From Armatimonadota bacterium (GTDB lineage Bacteria > Armatimonadota > SYMT01), in contig JAWLHY010000011.1 in NCBI GenBank assembly GCA_041690135.1, forward strand, positions 32,001 through 96,000: a DNA stretch of 64,000 bases, in the 5' to 3' direction. Of the stretch, positions 1 to 9,980 are shown piece after piece. The stretch's first letter is position 1. Each line of letters begins with the position of its first letter. The position numbers were made by a program, and so were the translations under genes. The notes below the pieces were generated by a model. The model worked only from the letters and a program-made list of their open reading frames with translations, did not search any database and was not told the origin of the DNA.

Positions 1-830
1 CAGTCGCTGATCACCATCTTCACCCCCACGAAAGCAAGCACCAGGCCGAGGCCCACCTTGAGGTACCGGAACTTGTCCACCACGTCGGCCAGCAGGAAGT
101 AGAGCGCCCGCAGCCCGAGGATGGCGAAGATGTTTGAGGTGAAGACGATGAACGGGTCCGGCGTAACCGCGAAGATCGCCGGAATGCTGTCCACCGCGAA
201 GATCACGTCCGTCGTCTCGACCGCCAGCAGCACCAGGAACAGGGGCGTGGCGTGGCGGCGGCCATCCACGTTCACAAAGAACCGGCTGCCGTGGTACTCG
301 GGCACGGTCGGCATGAAGCGCCGGAAGAGACGGATCATCGGGTTGTCTTCCGGATGCACCTCCTCGTGCTTCTGGGTCAGGATCTTGATACCCGTGTAGA
401 TCAGGAAGCCGCCGAAGACGAAGATGATCCAGTGGAACTGGTGAAGCAGCGCCGCGCCGACCCCAATGAAGATCGCGCGCAAGATGATCGCCCCCAGTAC
501 GCCCCAGAACAGGACCCGGTGCTGGTACTCCGCCGGAACGGAGAAGAACGAGAAGATGACCAGGAAAACGAAGATGTTGTCGACGCTCAGCGCCTTCTCG
601 ATCAGGTAACCGGTCAGGAACTCCAGTGCCTTCTGCGGCCCGAACCAGAAGTACACGCCCACGTTGAAGAGCAGTGCTACGCTGACCCAGATAACGCTCC
701 AGGTGGCTGCCTCGCGCACGCCAACGGCATGCGGCCGGCGGTGCAGCACGCCCAGGTCCAGCGCCAGCATCGCCAGGATCATGGCGATAAATCCACCCCA
801 CAGCCAGGGGGAACCAACCGACTCCGGCAT
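1..830 (-). CDS. TerC/Alx family membrane protein (Mn2+ homeostasis), 3' end truncated by window edge
   Basis: Not in the ORF track; read manually on the minus strand from ATG 830 (RBS GGAGGAGG): MPESVGSPWLWGGFIAMILAMLALDLGVLHRRPH...LEFLTGYLIEKALSVDNIFVFLVIFSFFSVPAEYQHRVLFWGVLGAIILRAIFI...DVIFAVDSIPAIFAVT, classic TerC motifs. Confidence 0.95.
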   Translation of the reverse strand, partial: MPESVGSPWLWGGFIAMILAMLALDLGVLHRRPHAVGVREAATWSVIWVSVALLFNVGVYFWFGPQKALEFLTGYLIEKALSVDNIFVFLVIFSFFSVPAEYQHRVLFWGVLGAIILRAIFIGVGAALLHQFHWIIFVFGGFLIYTGIKILTQKHEEVHPEDNPMIRLFRRFMPTVPEYHGSRFFVNVDGRRHATPLFLVLLAVETTDVIFAVDSIPAIFAVTPDPFIVFTSNIFAILGLRALYFLLADVVDKFRYLKVGLGLVLAFVGVKMVISD

Positions 831-928
831 CTCCAATCCTCCTCCTTACCTGCCACTGCATACCCAAACCGGCCGTCCCTAAAGACGGGTGCCGGCTGCC
901 ACTGCCCGTTAGGGCGGTGGCCGAACGC

Positions 929-950
929 AAAAACGGGGGCGAAACCCCCG
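929..950 (-). terminator. Intrinsic terminator in the terC leader (riboswitch expression platform)
   Basis: Minus strand CGGGGG-TTTCG-CCCCCG followed by TTTTT, between aptamer and start codon. Confidence 0.75.
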
Positions 951-984
951 CCCGGGTCGCCTTGCGGGGCATGGCGACCCGGGA

Positions 985-1110
985 CGAAAGTCTCACCCCC
1001 GTCCAATACTGGCGGGCCCGGCGCCGGCCCGGGTCCCTTCAAGCGAAGGTGACCGGGCGTACTGACGACGACCGGATCGAGGAGGATCCCTCGAGGTTAC
1101 TCCCTCTCAC
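985..1110 (-). ncRNA. yybP-ykoY (Mn2+-sensing) riboswitch
   Basis: Minus strand GAGAGGGAGTAAC...GTCGTCAGTACG...CCGG...GGTGAGACTTTC matches the conserved GGGAGUA / CGUCA.UAC / GUGAGAC elements; lies upstream of terC/alx; -10-like TATCAT at 1123-1118. Confidence 0.88.
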
Positions 1111-1207
1111 TAGAAGGATGATATCCCACGAGCCCCGCGCGGGAAACATCCGGCGGTAGGGAAGATCCGAAGAGTGAGTTGGGGCCGTTGCGGTAATAAG
1201 AGGGAGG

Positions 1208-2863
1208 ATGAGCCAGGCCGCTGAGAACAATCAGGACGCCTGCGCGGAAGTGCGGCGCGAAGCAGCCGACCGCTTGCGGCGACTGACCCCAGAGATCCTG
1301 TCGCGGTGGTGCGACCGGATCCGGGCGGAGGTGCCGGCGGCCCGCGAGCGCAGTTCACTGCTCCTGATAGACCACCTCCCCAAGTTCCTGGAGTGTCTGG
1401 CCCCGATCCTTGCCGGGGAAGCTTCCGTAGAGGAGATACCCGAGTTTCCGGATTACGCCGGGGTTCACGGAGAATTGCGCGCGTACCTGCCGGACTTCTC
1501 GCTGGATGAAGTTTTCGTCGAGTACGCGATCCTGCGCGAAGTGATCATGGAGGTGCTGGAGGGCGAACGCCCCTTGCCGCTCACCATCCGTCTGACGCTG
1601 CAGTCCGGCATCGACCGGGCCGTGCGGAGCGCCGTTCGGCAGTACGTCGATGCGACGCAGCAGGAGCTTCAGTCCAGCGAGCGCCGCCTGCGCCGCCTCC
1701 AGGCCCTAAGCGATGTGGCGCTGTCGCGCCTGGGCCTCGAGGAATTGCTGCGGGAGTTGCTGGAGCGGATCCGGCGGATGCTGGCCGCCGACACGGCCGT
1801 GATCCTGCTGCGGCAGGACGACGTCCTGCGGGTCCGGGTCGCTCTCGGTCTCGAAGAGGAGGCCGAGGGCCGGGTCACCGTATCGCTGGGCGATGGGTAC
1901 GCCGGCCGGATTGCCGCCGCGGGAAGCCCACTGATCGTCCCGGACACGCATGCATCAGAGATCATTCGCCCGTCCCTACGGAAACGAGCCCGTTCCCTGC
2001 TCGGCGTGCCGCTCGTTCTGGAGAATGCGGTCATCGGAGTAGTGCACATCGGCACCCGCGAGACACGCGTTTTTACCGGAGAAGATCAGGACTTCCTGCA
2101 GTTGGCCGCTGACCGGGTGGCGCTGGCGATCGACCGTGCGCGCCTGTTCCAGGAACTCCGCCAGGCGAACGAGCGCAAGACCCAGTTCCTGGCGATGCTG
2201 GCGCATGAGATGCGCACGCCGCTCTCCGCAGTCAACAGCGCGGCTTACATTCTGCAGGAGATCCAGGTCGAAGGCCGCGCAGTGAAGCAGTTGGAGGCGA
2301 TCCAGCGACAGACGGCGAACCTGGCGCGCCTCGTGGAAGACTTGATGGACGTCTCCCGGATCAGCCGGGGCCGGATCGAGCTGCGGCGGGAACTGGTGGA
2401 CCTCGGTACCCTGGCAGCCCAGGCGGTCCAGGCGGTTCAGCCGCTGATCGATGCCCGGGGGCAGGAGATCAACTGCACGATACCCGAAGGGCCGTTGACG
2501 GTGGACGCCGATCCCGTCCGCCTCAACCAGGTTATCGTCAACCTGCTGAACAACGCCGCCAAGTATACCGAGCCGGGCGGGCGCATCTGGCTAACCATCG
2601 AACTAGATGATGAGCAGGTCACGATCCGCATCTGCGACACGGGGATCGGGATCGATCCTTCCGTCTTACCGACGCTGTTCGATCTCTTCGCGCAGGTGGA
2701 CCCGTCCGAAGCAAAGAGTCACGGTGGCCTGGGGATCGGTCTCTTTCTCGTCAAGCGGCTGGTGGAACTTCACGGCGGCCGGGTCGCCGTCCGCAGCGCC
2801 GGGGTAGGCGCGGGGGCGGAGTTTTCCGTCCAACTCCCGCTGGTTCCCAAGCCCCCAGATTGA
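1208..2863 (+). CDS. Cytoplasmic sensor histidine kinase (RsbRD_N-like + GAF + HisKA + HATPase)
   Basis: H-box LAHEMRTPLS, N-box NLLNNAAKYT, G1 DTGIGI, G2 GGLGIGL; GAF GYAGRIAA...SLLGVPLV. Confidence 0.92.
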   Translation: MSQAAENNQDACAEVRREAADRLRRLTPEILSRWCDRIRAEVPAARERSSLLLIDHLPKFLECLAPILAGEASVEEIPEFPDYAGVHGELRAYLPDFSLDEVFVEYAILREVIMEVLEGERPLPLTIRLTLQSGIDRAVRSAVRQYVDATQQELQSSERRLRRLQALSDVALSRLGLEELLRELLERIRRMLAADTAVILLRQDDVLRVRVALGLEEEAEGRVTVSLGDGYAGRIAAAGSPLIVPDTHASEIIRPSLRKRARSLLGVPLVLENAVIGVVHIGTRETRVFTGEDQDFLQLAADRVALAIDRARLFQELRQANERKTQFLAMLAHEMRTPLSAVNSAAYILQEIQVEGRAVKQLEAIQRQTANLARLVEDLMDVSRISRGRIELRRELVDLGTLAAQAVQAVQPLIDARGQEINCTIPEGPLTVDADPVRLNQVIVNLLNNAAKYTEPGGRIWLTIELDDEQVTIRICDTGIGIDPSVLPTLFDLFAQVDPSEAKSHGGLGIGLFLVKRLVELHGGRVAVRSAGVGAGAEFSVQLPLVPKPPD

Positions 2864-2880
2864 GCGGCGAACCCGGGTGT

Positions 2881-2992
2881 CACGCATCACGTCTCCGCCC
2901 AAGGTGGTAGTCACGCCTGAGCTGATCCAGCTTCTAGTCCCTAAAGGGACCCGGCACGCATCACGTCTCCGTCCGAAGTGGTTGTCACGCCT
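2881..2992. repeat. Two imperfect 38-bp direct repeats separated by 36 bp
   Basis: CACGCATCACGTCTCCG(C/T)CC(A/G)A(G/A)GTGGT(A/T)GTCACGCCT at 2881-2918 and 2955-2992 (34/38 identical). Confidence 0.85.
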
Positions 2993-3063
2993 CCCTGCAG
3001 TCACCTTGCACGTGGGCTCACGCAATACGCAATACGCCTCGCACCCCACGCCCCTCGAACCTC

Positions 3064-4530
3064 TCACCTCGAACCTGGCGTGTAGTCTGCCCCGTTCAGG
3101 CTACGGACGACGGACTTCTGCCACTTCTCCAGCTCGGACTGCATCTCTTTCACGCGCTCGGGATCCTCCGCGGCCAGGTCCCGGGCCTCTGCACGGTCTT
3201 TCGTCAGGTCGAAGAGTTGATGGGTCACGGTTCCGTCTTTCGCCGCGATCCGGTGGAGCTTATACGTGCCGTCGATCCAGGCCGCGTGCCCGGGGAGCAC
3301 GTCTTCCGGGTACTGGCGGTCGATCTGTCCGGCTTTCGAGTCGTCGTAGAGGGCGGAGGGCTTGCCTTCCGCCTGTTCCCGCAACAGGTCCGCGCTGGGG
3401 GAGCGGATACCGCCGACCGGGTAATCCCAGAAGCCGAGCGGTTTCGTCCGACGGGTCAGCTTCCCGTCCAGGAGCGGGACCAGGCTCATCCCGTCCAGCG
3501 GCTGGGGCTGGTCGGCCACCCGCGCGCCGGCGAGTTCGAGAAGGGTGGGGTAGATGTCGACGGTCCCGCACGGGATCGTGGTGGTTGCCGGCTTGCGGAC
3601 GCGGGCGGGCCACTCGATGAGGCCGGGCACGCGGATCCCGCCTTCCCACAGGCTTCCCTTGCGTCCTTTCAGGTCGCCGGCAGAACCCGGCCGGCCCGCG
3701 GGTCCCTGCGGACCGTTGTCGCTGGTGTACCACACCACGGTGTTCCGGGCGATCCCCAACTCTCGGATTTGCGTGCGGAGGCGGCCCATGGCCTGATCGA
3801 TGCCGGTTACCTCGCCGTAGTAGTTCTGCAGCGCCGGCTTCAGGTCCGGGTAGAGCGCCCGGGTTGCCTCCGAGGCCTGGTGGGGGTTGTGCGGTGAGCC
3901 GAACCAGACCACGGCCAGGAACGGCTGCTTCTTGCCGGAGGCTTTCCGGATGAAATCGAGGGCGGCATCCACCGTCACCCGCGACGACTCGCCGCGAAAC
4001 TGCTCCACTTTCCCGTTGCGGGCGAGCAAGGGATCGTTCTCGAAGAAGTTGGGGGCGGAGACCCACTCGTCGAAGCCGCTGTTGCCGGGGCTGACCGGGC
4101 TCTCCGGGCGTACCGAGCCGAGGTGCCACTTGCCGAAGTGTCCCGTGGTGTAACCCGCTTTCCGCAGCGCCTCCGCGATCGTCGTTTCCTGCGGGCGCAG
4201 GGTGTGGCCCCAGCTAAAGCAGCCGAACCGGTTGGGGTTCCGGCCGGTCATCACACTGCCCCGGGTGGGCGAGCAGACGGAGGAGGCGGAGTAGAACCGG
4301 TCGAAGCGCAGGCCCGTGGCCGCCATCTGGTCCAGCACCGGCGTCTTCGGGATCGGGTTGCCGTTGTAGCCTACGTCGCCCCACCCCTGGTCGTCGGCCA
4401 TGCAGAGGATGAAGTTCGGGCGCGCCTCCGCCTGGGCCGCGGCATCTCGGCTGCCGGTCACGGCGCACAGGGCCGTTCCCACGCCCAGGGCCAGGACCAG
4501 CGGAGTCAACAGGGGGCGGCGCGTATTCAT
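3064..4530 (-). CDS. Secreted arylsulfatase-family sulfatase
   Basis: PNFILCMADDQGWGD, Cys-type motif CSPTRGSVMTGR, GKWHLG, SDNG; signal peptide after ATG 4530. Confidence 0.95.
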   Translation of the reverse strand: MNTRRPLLTPLVLALGVGTALCAVTGSRDAAAQAEARPNFILCMADDQGWGDVGYNGNPIPKTPVLDQMAATGLRFDRFYSASSVCSPTRGSVMTGRNPNRFGCFSWGHTLRPQETTIAEALRKAGYTTGHFGKWHLGSVRPESPVSPGNSGFDEWVSAPNFFENDPLLARNGKVEQFRGESSRVTVDAALDFIRKASGKKQPFLAVVWFGSPHNPHQASEATRALYPDLKPALQNYYGEVTGIDQAMGRLRTQIRELGIARNTVVWYTSDNGPQGPAGRPGSAGDLKGRKGSLWEGGIRVPGLIEWPARVRKPATTTIPCGTVDIYPTLLELAGARVADQPQPLDGMSLVPLLDGKLTRRTKPLGFWDYPVGGIRSPSADLLREQAEGKPSALYDDSKAGQIDRQYPEDVLPGHAAWIDGTYKLHRIAAKDGTVTHQLFDLTKDRAEARDLAAEDPERVKEMQSELEKWQKSVVRSLNGADYTPGSR

Positions 4531-4910
4531 TGATCTGATCCTTATTTCAATGCGGTTCCAATGGGGGCGGGGTCGGGTGACGCTGACTGTGGATAGAGTT
4601 GCGGTCGGCCGCGATTGGGTCGATGGCATCGGGTGATGGGAATCTCTATTCCAAGTCTTACTCTTACTCCTACTCTTACTCCTCCCGCATTTCCCCTGCC
4701 TCTGGAGGGGCAGTTGTCTTGCGGGTCTGCTTCCCCCGGCGTGGGCGGAATCTCACACGGCGCGGCGAGTACAAGTCCACGGCGAGGCAGGCATCGGAAA
4801 GCCTGCCCTACATCGGTGCGAGGGCGGAGGCCGTTCACTTTACCAGGAGTTGATCCTGCCGCGGCACGGGCAGGGCGTTGGAAGTCGGAGCTCACGTGGT
4901 AAGTGGTTCA

Positions 4911-6188
4911 CTACTCCGCCTTCCTCTCCCCGAACGCACGGACCTCCGGCCAGGCCGAAGCCACGGCCCCCACCACCAGCAGCGTCCCGATCCCGCCCGA
5001 TACCACGGACACCACCGGTCCGAAGAAGCTGGCGACCAGCCCCGATTCGAACCCGCCGAGTTGGTTGGAGGAACTGATGAACACCTGGTTCACCGCGGAA
5101 ACGCGCCCGAGCATCTCGTCCGGGGTGAGGGTCTGGACTAGCGTGCTCCGCACCACCACGCTGATGTTGTCCAGCGCGCCTGTGAGGAAGAGCATCGCCA
5201 GTGAGAGCGGGAAGGAGCGGGAGAAGCCGAAGACGATGGTCGCCACCCCGAAGCCGGCCACGGCCCACAGCATGGCGAGCCCTGGCCGGCGCAGCGGCGG
5301 CAGGTGGGCCAGCAGCAGCGCCATGCAGACGGCGCCGGCGGAGGGGGCCGCCTGCAGCCAGCCCAGCCCCTGCGGGCCGACGCGGAGGATGTCCGTCGCG
5401 TAGATCGGTAGCAGGGCCACCGCGCCGCCCAGCAACACGGCGAAGAGGTCGAGGGTGATCGTGGCCAGGATGATGCGGGTGCGCCAGACGAACCGGAGCC
5501 CTGCCGTCAGGCTTTCCAGCGTGAGCGGCACGGATTGCCGGGGCTCCTGCCGGTAGCGCGGCACGGCCAGCGCAATGAACAGGAACGCCACCAGGGTCAG
5601 CCCGGCATCGAGGAGGAACGCGGGCGTTGCGCTTCTTCCGAGTGCGATCACGGCGCCGCCCAACGCCGGGCCAAGCATCGAGGCGATCTGAGACACGCTG
5701 CTGTTCCAGCGGATGGCACTCTCGAACTGCTCGGGCGGAACGAACTGGGGAAGCATGGAGGCGGTAGCCGGGCCGCTAAACCCGCGCGCCAGCCCCGCGC
5801 AGAGCAGACAGAGATAGACCCACGGAACGGGAGCGTGCAGTCCCGAAACCAGGGCCAGCCCCAGCGAGCAAAAGGCCAGGATCAGGTGCGCGGACTGCAC
5901 GATCTGCTTCCGGCCGAAGCGGTCCGCGGCGTGCCCGGCCGGGATCGCCAGCACCAGCACCGGCAGGAACTGCACCAGCCCCACGTAGGCCAGCGCCATC
6001 GGGTCGCGCGTCCGCGTGTACAACTCCCAACCGATCGCCACCGACGTCAACTGTGACCCGATCCGGGCCAGGTTGCGCGCGGTGAGGTACAGCATCAGGT
6101 CCCGGTTCCGCAGCACGGTGTACGGGCTGTGGGTGGGGCTTTCCGACTCTCGCTCTGCCAATCCCTTCGCCTGCCTCGCTCGACACAA
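4911..6188 (-). CDS. MFS transporter (EntS/DHA3-like)
   Basis: About 12 TM helices, GHAADRFGRK motif A, TPDEMLGRVSAV; start uncertain. Confidence 0.9.
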   Translation of the reverse strand: MCRARQAKGLAERESESPTHSPYTVLRNRDLMLYLTARNLARIGSQLTSVAIGWELYTRTRDPMALAYVGLVQFLPVLVLAIPAGHAADRFGRKQIVQSAHLILAFCSLGLALVSGLHAPVPWVYLCLLCAGLARGFSGPATASMLPQFVPPEQFESAIRWNSSVSQIASMLGPALGGAVIALGRSATPAFLLDAGLTLVAFLFIALAVPRYRQEPRQSVPLTLESLTAGLRFVWRTRIILATITLDLFAVLLGGAVALLPIYATDILRVGPQGLGWLQAAPSAGAVCMALLLAHLPPLRRPGLAMLWAVAGFGVATIVFGFSRSFPLSLAMLFLTGALDNISVVVRSTLVQTLTPDEMLGRVSAVNQVFISSSNQLGGFESGLVASFFGPVVSVVSGGIGTLLVVGAVASAWPEVRAFGERKAE

Positions 6189-6425
6189 TCCCCGGGCAAC
6201 ACCTTCTGGGAGAGCGCTCCGGGGGTCTTCACATACTGAGTGGGGTGTTCACCCTTGACGGAGACTTACGAACACCGGCTATTCCTGCCGCACTCCATCA
6301 CCACTCCCCTACTTACGAGTCCGTCGCTGACGTAGGTTTGCGAGTGGGTTATTTCCCCGCTCGGTCTCCCCGGCTCCTCCGAAGGCACTGTGCCCCACGA
6401 AGGGTGGTTGCGCCGCTTCGTTCCT

Positions 6426-6463
6426 TTCATACAGCCTTCACTGCAGCTTAACCGTTCCGAAAC
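6426..6463 (+). promoter_or_regulatory. Putative OmpR/PhoP-type (Pho-box-like) tandem direct repeats
   Basis: TTCAT (6426), TTCAC (6437), TTAAC (6448), GAAAC (6459) at exact 11-bp spacing, upstream of -10-like TAGAGT/TATAAA and a phosphatase gene. Confidence 0.5.
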
Positions 6464-6520
6464 GGACCCTGGTTAGAGTATAAAGGCCGGCATCTGGACC
6501 GGTTCAGGAGTATTGAGCTG

Positions 6521-7414
6521 ATGACGACAGTTGGCGGTTATGCGGAACGAAAATCGCGCCCGGCGGGTGGATCCCCTTCCTATCCGGCTATTATCTCACG
6601 GCAAGATTCGGCGGACCTTCGTGAGGGCTGCGGATTCCTGCTCGACATGGATGGGGTCATCTATCGCGGAGAGGTGCCTATCCCGGGAGCGGCAGAGTTC
6701 ATCCACGCGTTGCGCGAGCGGGAAATCCCGTTCCTTTTCCTCACCAATAACAGCGCCAGCGCGCCGCGCGACTATGTCGTGAAGCTGCAAAAACTGGGCA
6801 TGGAAGTGGAAGAAGAACATTTTTACACCTGCGCGATGGCGACCGTCGATTTTCTCCAGCAGCAGAAGCCGCGGGGGACCGCCTTCGTAATCGGCGAGGG
6901 CGGGCTGGTCTCCGCGCTGCACCAGGCGGGCTTTGGGATTACCAGTCAACAGCCGGACTACGTGATCGTGGGCGAGGGCCGCACCCTCAACTTCGAGATG
7001 GCGGAGAAGGCCATGATGATGATCCTTAACGGCGCTCATCTGATTGCCACCAACCTGGACGTTTCCTGCCCCACCGCGGCAGGCTCTCGCCCCGGGTGTG
7101 GTGCGCTGGTGGCGATGCTGGAAGCGGCGACCGGCCGGAAGGCCTACAGCGTCGGTAAGCCCAGCCCTTTCATGATGCGTGCGGCCCGGAAACGTCTCGG
7201 GCTGCGAACCTCCGAGACGATCATGGTGGGCGATACCATGGAGACCGACATCCGCGGGGCCCTGGAGCTCGGGTTCCAGGCTGTCCTGGTGCTAACCGGC
7301 AGTACGCGCCGGGAAATGCTCTCCGCGTACCCCTATCAACCCACGCTAGTGGTGGACAGCATTGCGCACATGGACTGGGGCGCGCTGCGGTTAGCGGATC
7401 TCGCTGCCGCGTAG
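6521..7414 (+). CDS. HAD-IIA family phosphatase (NagD-like)
   Basis: LDMDGVIY, FLTNNS, VGKPSP, MVGDTMETDI, VLTG motifs. Confidence 0.93.
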   Translation: MTTVGGYAERKSRPAGGSPSYPAIISRQDSADLREGCGFLLDMDGVIYRGEVPIPGAAEFIHALREREIPFLFLTNNSASAPRDYVVKLQKLGMEVEEEHFYTCAMATVDFLQQQKPRGTAFVIGEGGLVSALHQAGFGITSQQPDYVIVGEGRTLNFEMAEKAMMMILNGAHLIATNLDVSCPTAAGSRPGCGALVAMLEAATGRKAYSVGKPSPFMMRAARKRLGLRTSETIMVGDTMETDIRGALELGFQAVLVLTGSTRREMLSAYPYQPTLVVDSIAHMDWGALRLADLAAA

Positions 7415-7597
7415 GACAGCATCGGTGCTCTTGAGGGGATGCTCCCATGGGGGGCAAGGTAGAAACCGGGGGTGCATGCCCCCGGTGGCCGCTGAGTATA
7501 CTTCGCTCCGGGACACATCCGTGCTGCCGGTGGGTATCCTGATACCTGTAGGGGTGGGGGACTGTTCCGCACCCGCGAGACCGCCGGGGGAAACCGC

Positions 7598-8122
7598 GTG
7601 TTTTGGTTAGAGATTGCGCCAACGAGCGCCGCAGCGAACCCGTTTGCCGTGCTTTCGCTCATCGTGGCGCCCGCGGTGCTCACCAATGCCTCCTCGGTGT
7701 TGATCATGAGCACCAGCAACCGCCTGGCCCGAGCCGCCGACCGCGCCCGCACCCTGGCGGCGGAGTTGGAGCAGGAAGGCGCCCCGGCCGATGCGCGCTC
7801 CCCCATGCGTCTGCGGGAGTTGACGGCTACGGAAGAACGGGCGCTGCTGCTCCTGCGCGCGCTTCGTCAGTTCTACACGGCCCTGGGCGGTTTCGCCAGC
7901 GCGGCGCTCCTGTCCCTTGTGGGGGCGGTGATCTTCGCGGCCAGCCCGGTATGGCTGACCCGGAGCCTCGAAGTGGTGGCCGTGGCCGCGGGACTTTGGG
8001 CGGTGGTCGCGCTGGTGCTCGGGTCGCTGACCCTCCTGCGTGAAACTCGGATTGCCGTGGACGTGCTGCACGAACGCGCGGCGCACCTGCGCGAAGTGCT
8101 GGGCGACCTGGGGCCGGATTGA
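7598..8122 (+). CDS. DUF2721-like membrane protein
   Basis: IVAPAVLTNASSVLIMSTSNRLARAADRAR plus three hydrophobic helices; start uncertain. Confidence 0.75.
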   Translation: MFWLEIAPTSAAANPFAVLSLIVAPAVLTNASSVLIMSTSNRLARAADRARTLAAELEQEGAPADARSPMRLRELTATEERALLLLRALRQFYTALGGFASAALLSLVGAVIFAASPVWLTRSLEVVAVAAGLWAVVALVLGSLTLLRETRIAVDVLHERAAHLREVLGDLGPD

Positions 8123-8166
8123 GAAGAGGGGTGAGGGCTCAAACTCACCCCTCCACCGCACTCCGA

Positions 8167-9051
8167 CTAGCGGCCGAACAGGGACTCGTCCAGGAAGTTG
8201 GGCGGATAGTAGAAGCCTCCCCACGTGCCGGGGGCAAACCGTCCGTGTATCGCCCGGCGGCGGCGTGTCTGCGGGTTGGCCGAGAACGTGCCCCCGAAGA
8301 AATCGCCGGCCTCCCGCCGGAACGTCTGCGGATTGAACCGCAGCGACGGCACGAAGCGGAGATCCTCGGGCCAGTCCGGTGTATAGGGCGCGTACGGCGC
8401 ATAAGGGTACCGGTGTCCCGCGATTACCGGGTACTGCGGCGCCCACGGCGGGTAATACCCCGGCGCTCCCAGGTAATCCGGAACATAAAACGGCGCGTAT
8501 CCCGAACCGACGTAGGGATCGAGTGCCACGGGATACCGGTCCACGTCGCGCAGATCCTCCACCGTTCCCGGCACGCCGGTCACGACAGGAGGCGTAGGCC
8601 CCACCACCACTTCATTGACGATCTGCGGCGCTGGATCAGCGGTAGTCCCGGAGGGCGTCCGCTCGACGACGGTGACTTCCGGATTTGGTACGGAACCTGC
8701 GTTGTCGGACCGCGCTTCTGAACGGTATCCCGCCACGAGACTCTCCGGCTCCCGGGGGTCATCGAGGCGCAGCACGAACTGCTTCCCGTTCCGCACCAGG
8801 GTGACCTGTTCCGGACCCACCTTCTGGAGCCGGTAGCCGAAAGCAGTCTCCCCCGGTTGCAGGGTCGCCTTTGCTCGCGTGTCCCGGTTTACGAGCCAGG
8901 CTTGCACTCGGTCCCCGATCTGTGTCACCCCCACCAGCGCCAACCCTTTCGGCGCCTGCGCCGTGCGGTCCCCCTGCTGGGCCGCAGCGGCACCCGTGCT
9001 CACCAGGGCGAGCGTCGCCAGGCCCGCACTCCAGCCGCTTATCAACTTCAT
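8167..9051 (-). CDS. Secreted hypothetical protein (GspC-like N-domain, Pro/Tyr-rich C-terminus)
   Basis: RBS AAGGAG, signal peptide, LVGVTQIG..QAWLVN...GETAFGYRLQKVGPEQVTLVRNGK. Confidence 0.7.
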   Translation of the reverse strand: MKLISGWSAGLATLALVSTGAAAAQQGDRTAQAPKGLALVGVTQIGDRVQAWLVNRDTRAKATLQPGETAFGYRLQKVGPEQVTLVRNGKQFVLRLDDPREPESLVAGYRSEARSDNAGSVPNPEVTVVERTPSGTTADPAPQIVNEVVVGPTPPVVTGVPGTVEDLRDVDRYPVALDPYVGSGYAPFYVPDYLGAPGYYPPWAPQYPVIAGHRYPYAPYAPYTPDWPEDLRFVPSLRFNPQTFRREAGDFFGGTFSANPQTRRRRAIHGRFAPGTWGGFYYPPNFLDESLFGR

Positions 9052-9217
9052 GGTCCCCTCTCCTTACTCCCTCGCCTCGCTTTCCTTACGGCGATACTTA
9101 CCCGGAGAGAGCGCAACTGAAATACTGCTTCGCGGATGATGCTGATTCGTATACTGGTGTGGGGCGGTCCGGGCATGGTGGCCGGGCCGGTCTTGCTTTG
9201 TACAAAGGAGTCCGTTC

Positions 9218-9940
9218 GTGAAGTTTCGCAGTAGAAAGGCATTCACCCTCATCGAGTTGCTCGTGGTGATTGCCATTATCGCCATCCTCGCCGCCATTCT
9301 CTTCCCGGTCTTCGCCCGCGCCCGTGAGGCCGCCCGCAAGACCTCCTGCATCAACAACCTGCGCCAGATCGGCACCGCGATCCAGATGTATTCCCAGGAC
9401 TACGACGAATCGCTGCCCTCCGGAGTGTTGGGTTCCGCGGGTATCGGGTCGACGCCCGCCTGGAGCCAGTATGGCTGGAGTTACATCTTCACCCTGCTCG
9501 ACCCGTACACCAAGAACACGGGAATCTACGGTTGCCCCAGCGCCACCGGGAGCATGGTGGGCCCTGCCGGAAACCAGATCAAGGTGAGCTACGGCTACAG
9601 CGAGTATCTCTATGACGTCGGGCGGGGCTGGTCCAAGGAAGCCGCGCTGGCGGGAAGCCGCCATGGGGTCGCCAACATCGCCGTCATCGCCGACTCGCGC
9701 TTTGCCGGGATCTTCAACGACTGGGACAACGGCAACACGGGCAACGCCACCTACCCCACCAACTTCCTCGCGCGGGTAGCCCTGGCGAACGGCGCTACGC
9801 CCCGGCATGAGGGCAGCAACTTCGTGTTCGCGGATGGGCACGCCAAGTTCTACCCCGTCAACGGCATTGTCTGCCCGCAGGCTCAGGGTGCCGCCGGTCA
9901 GAAGCCGATCGTGAACCCGGCCGCCAACCTGTTGCCGTAA
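9218..9940 (+). CDS. DUF1559 prepilin-type N-terminal methylation / H-X9-DG domain protein
   Basis: [33 protein letters not shown]; C-terminal [15 protein letters not shown]. Confidence 0.93.
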   Translation: MKFRSRKAFTLIELLVVIAIIAILAAILFPVFARAREAARKTSCINNLRQIGTAIQMYSQDYDESLPSGVLGSAGIGSTPAWSQYGWSYIFTLLDPYTKNTGIYGCPSATGSMVGPAGNQIKVSYGYSEYLYDVGRGWSKEAALAGSRHGVANIAVIADSRFAGIFNDWDNGNTGNATYPTNFLARVALANGATPRHEGSNFVFADGHAKFYPVNGIVCPQAQGAAGQKPIVNPAANLLP

Positions 9941-9980
9941 GCAGAAGGGAAGGACGCTCCCTCCGTCGGGAGAGGTGCGC

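Noticed and set aside
252-1052. 266-aa plus-strand ORF
   Set aside because: Antisense shadow of the real minus-strand TerC gene and riboswitch
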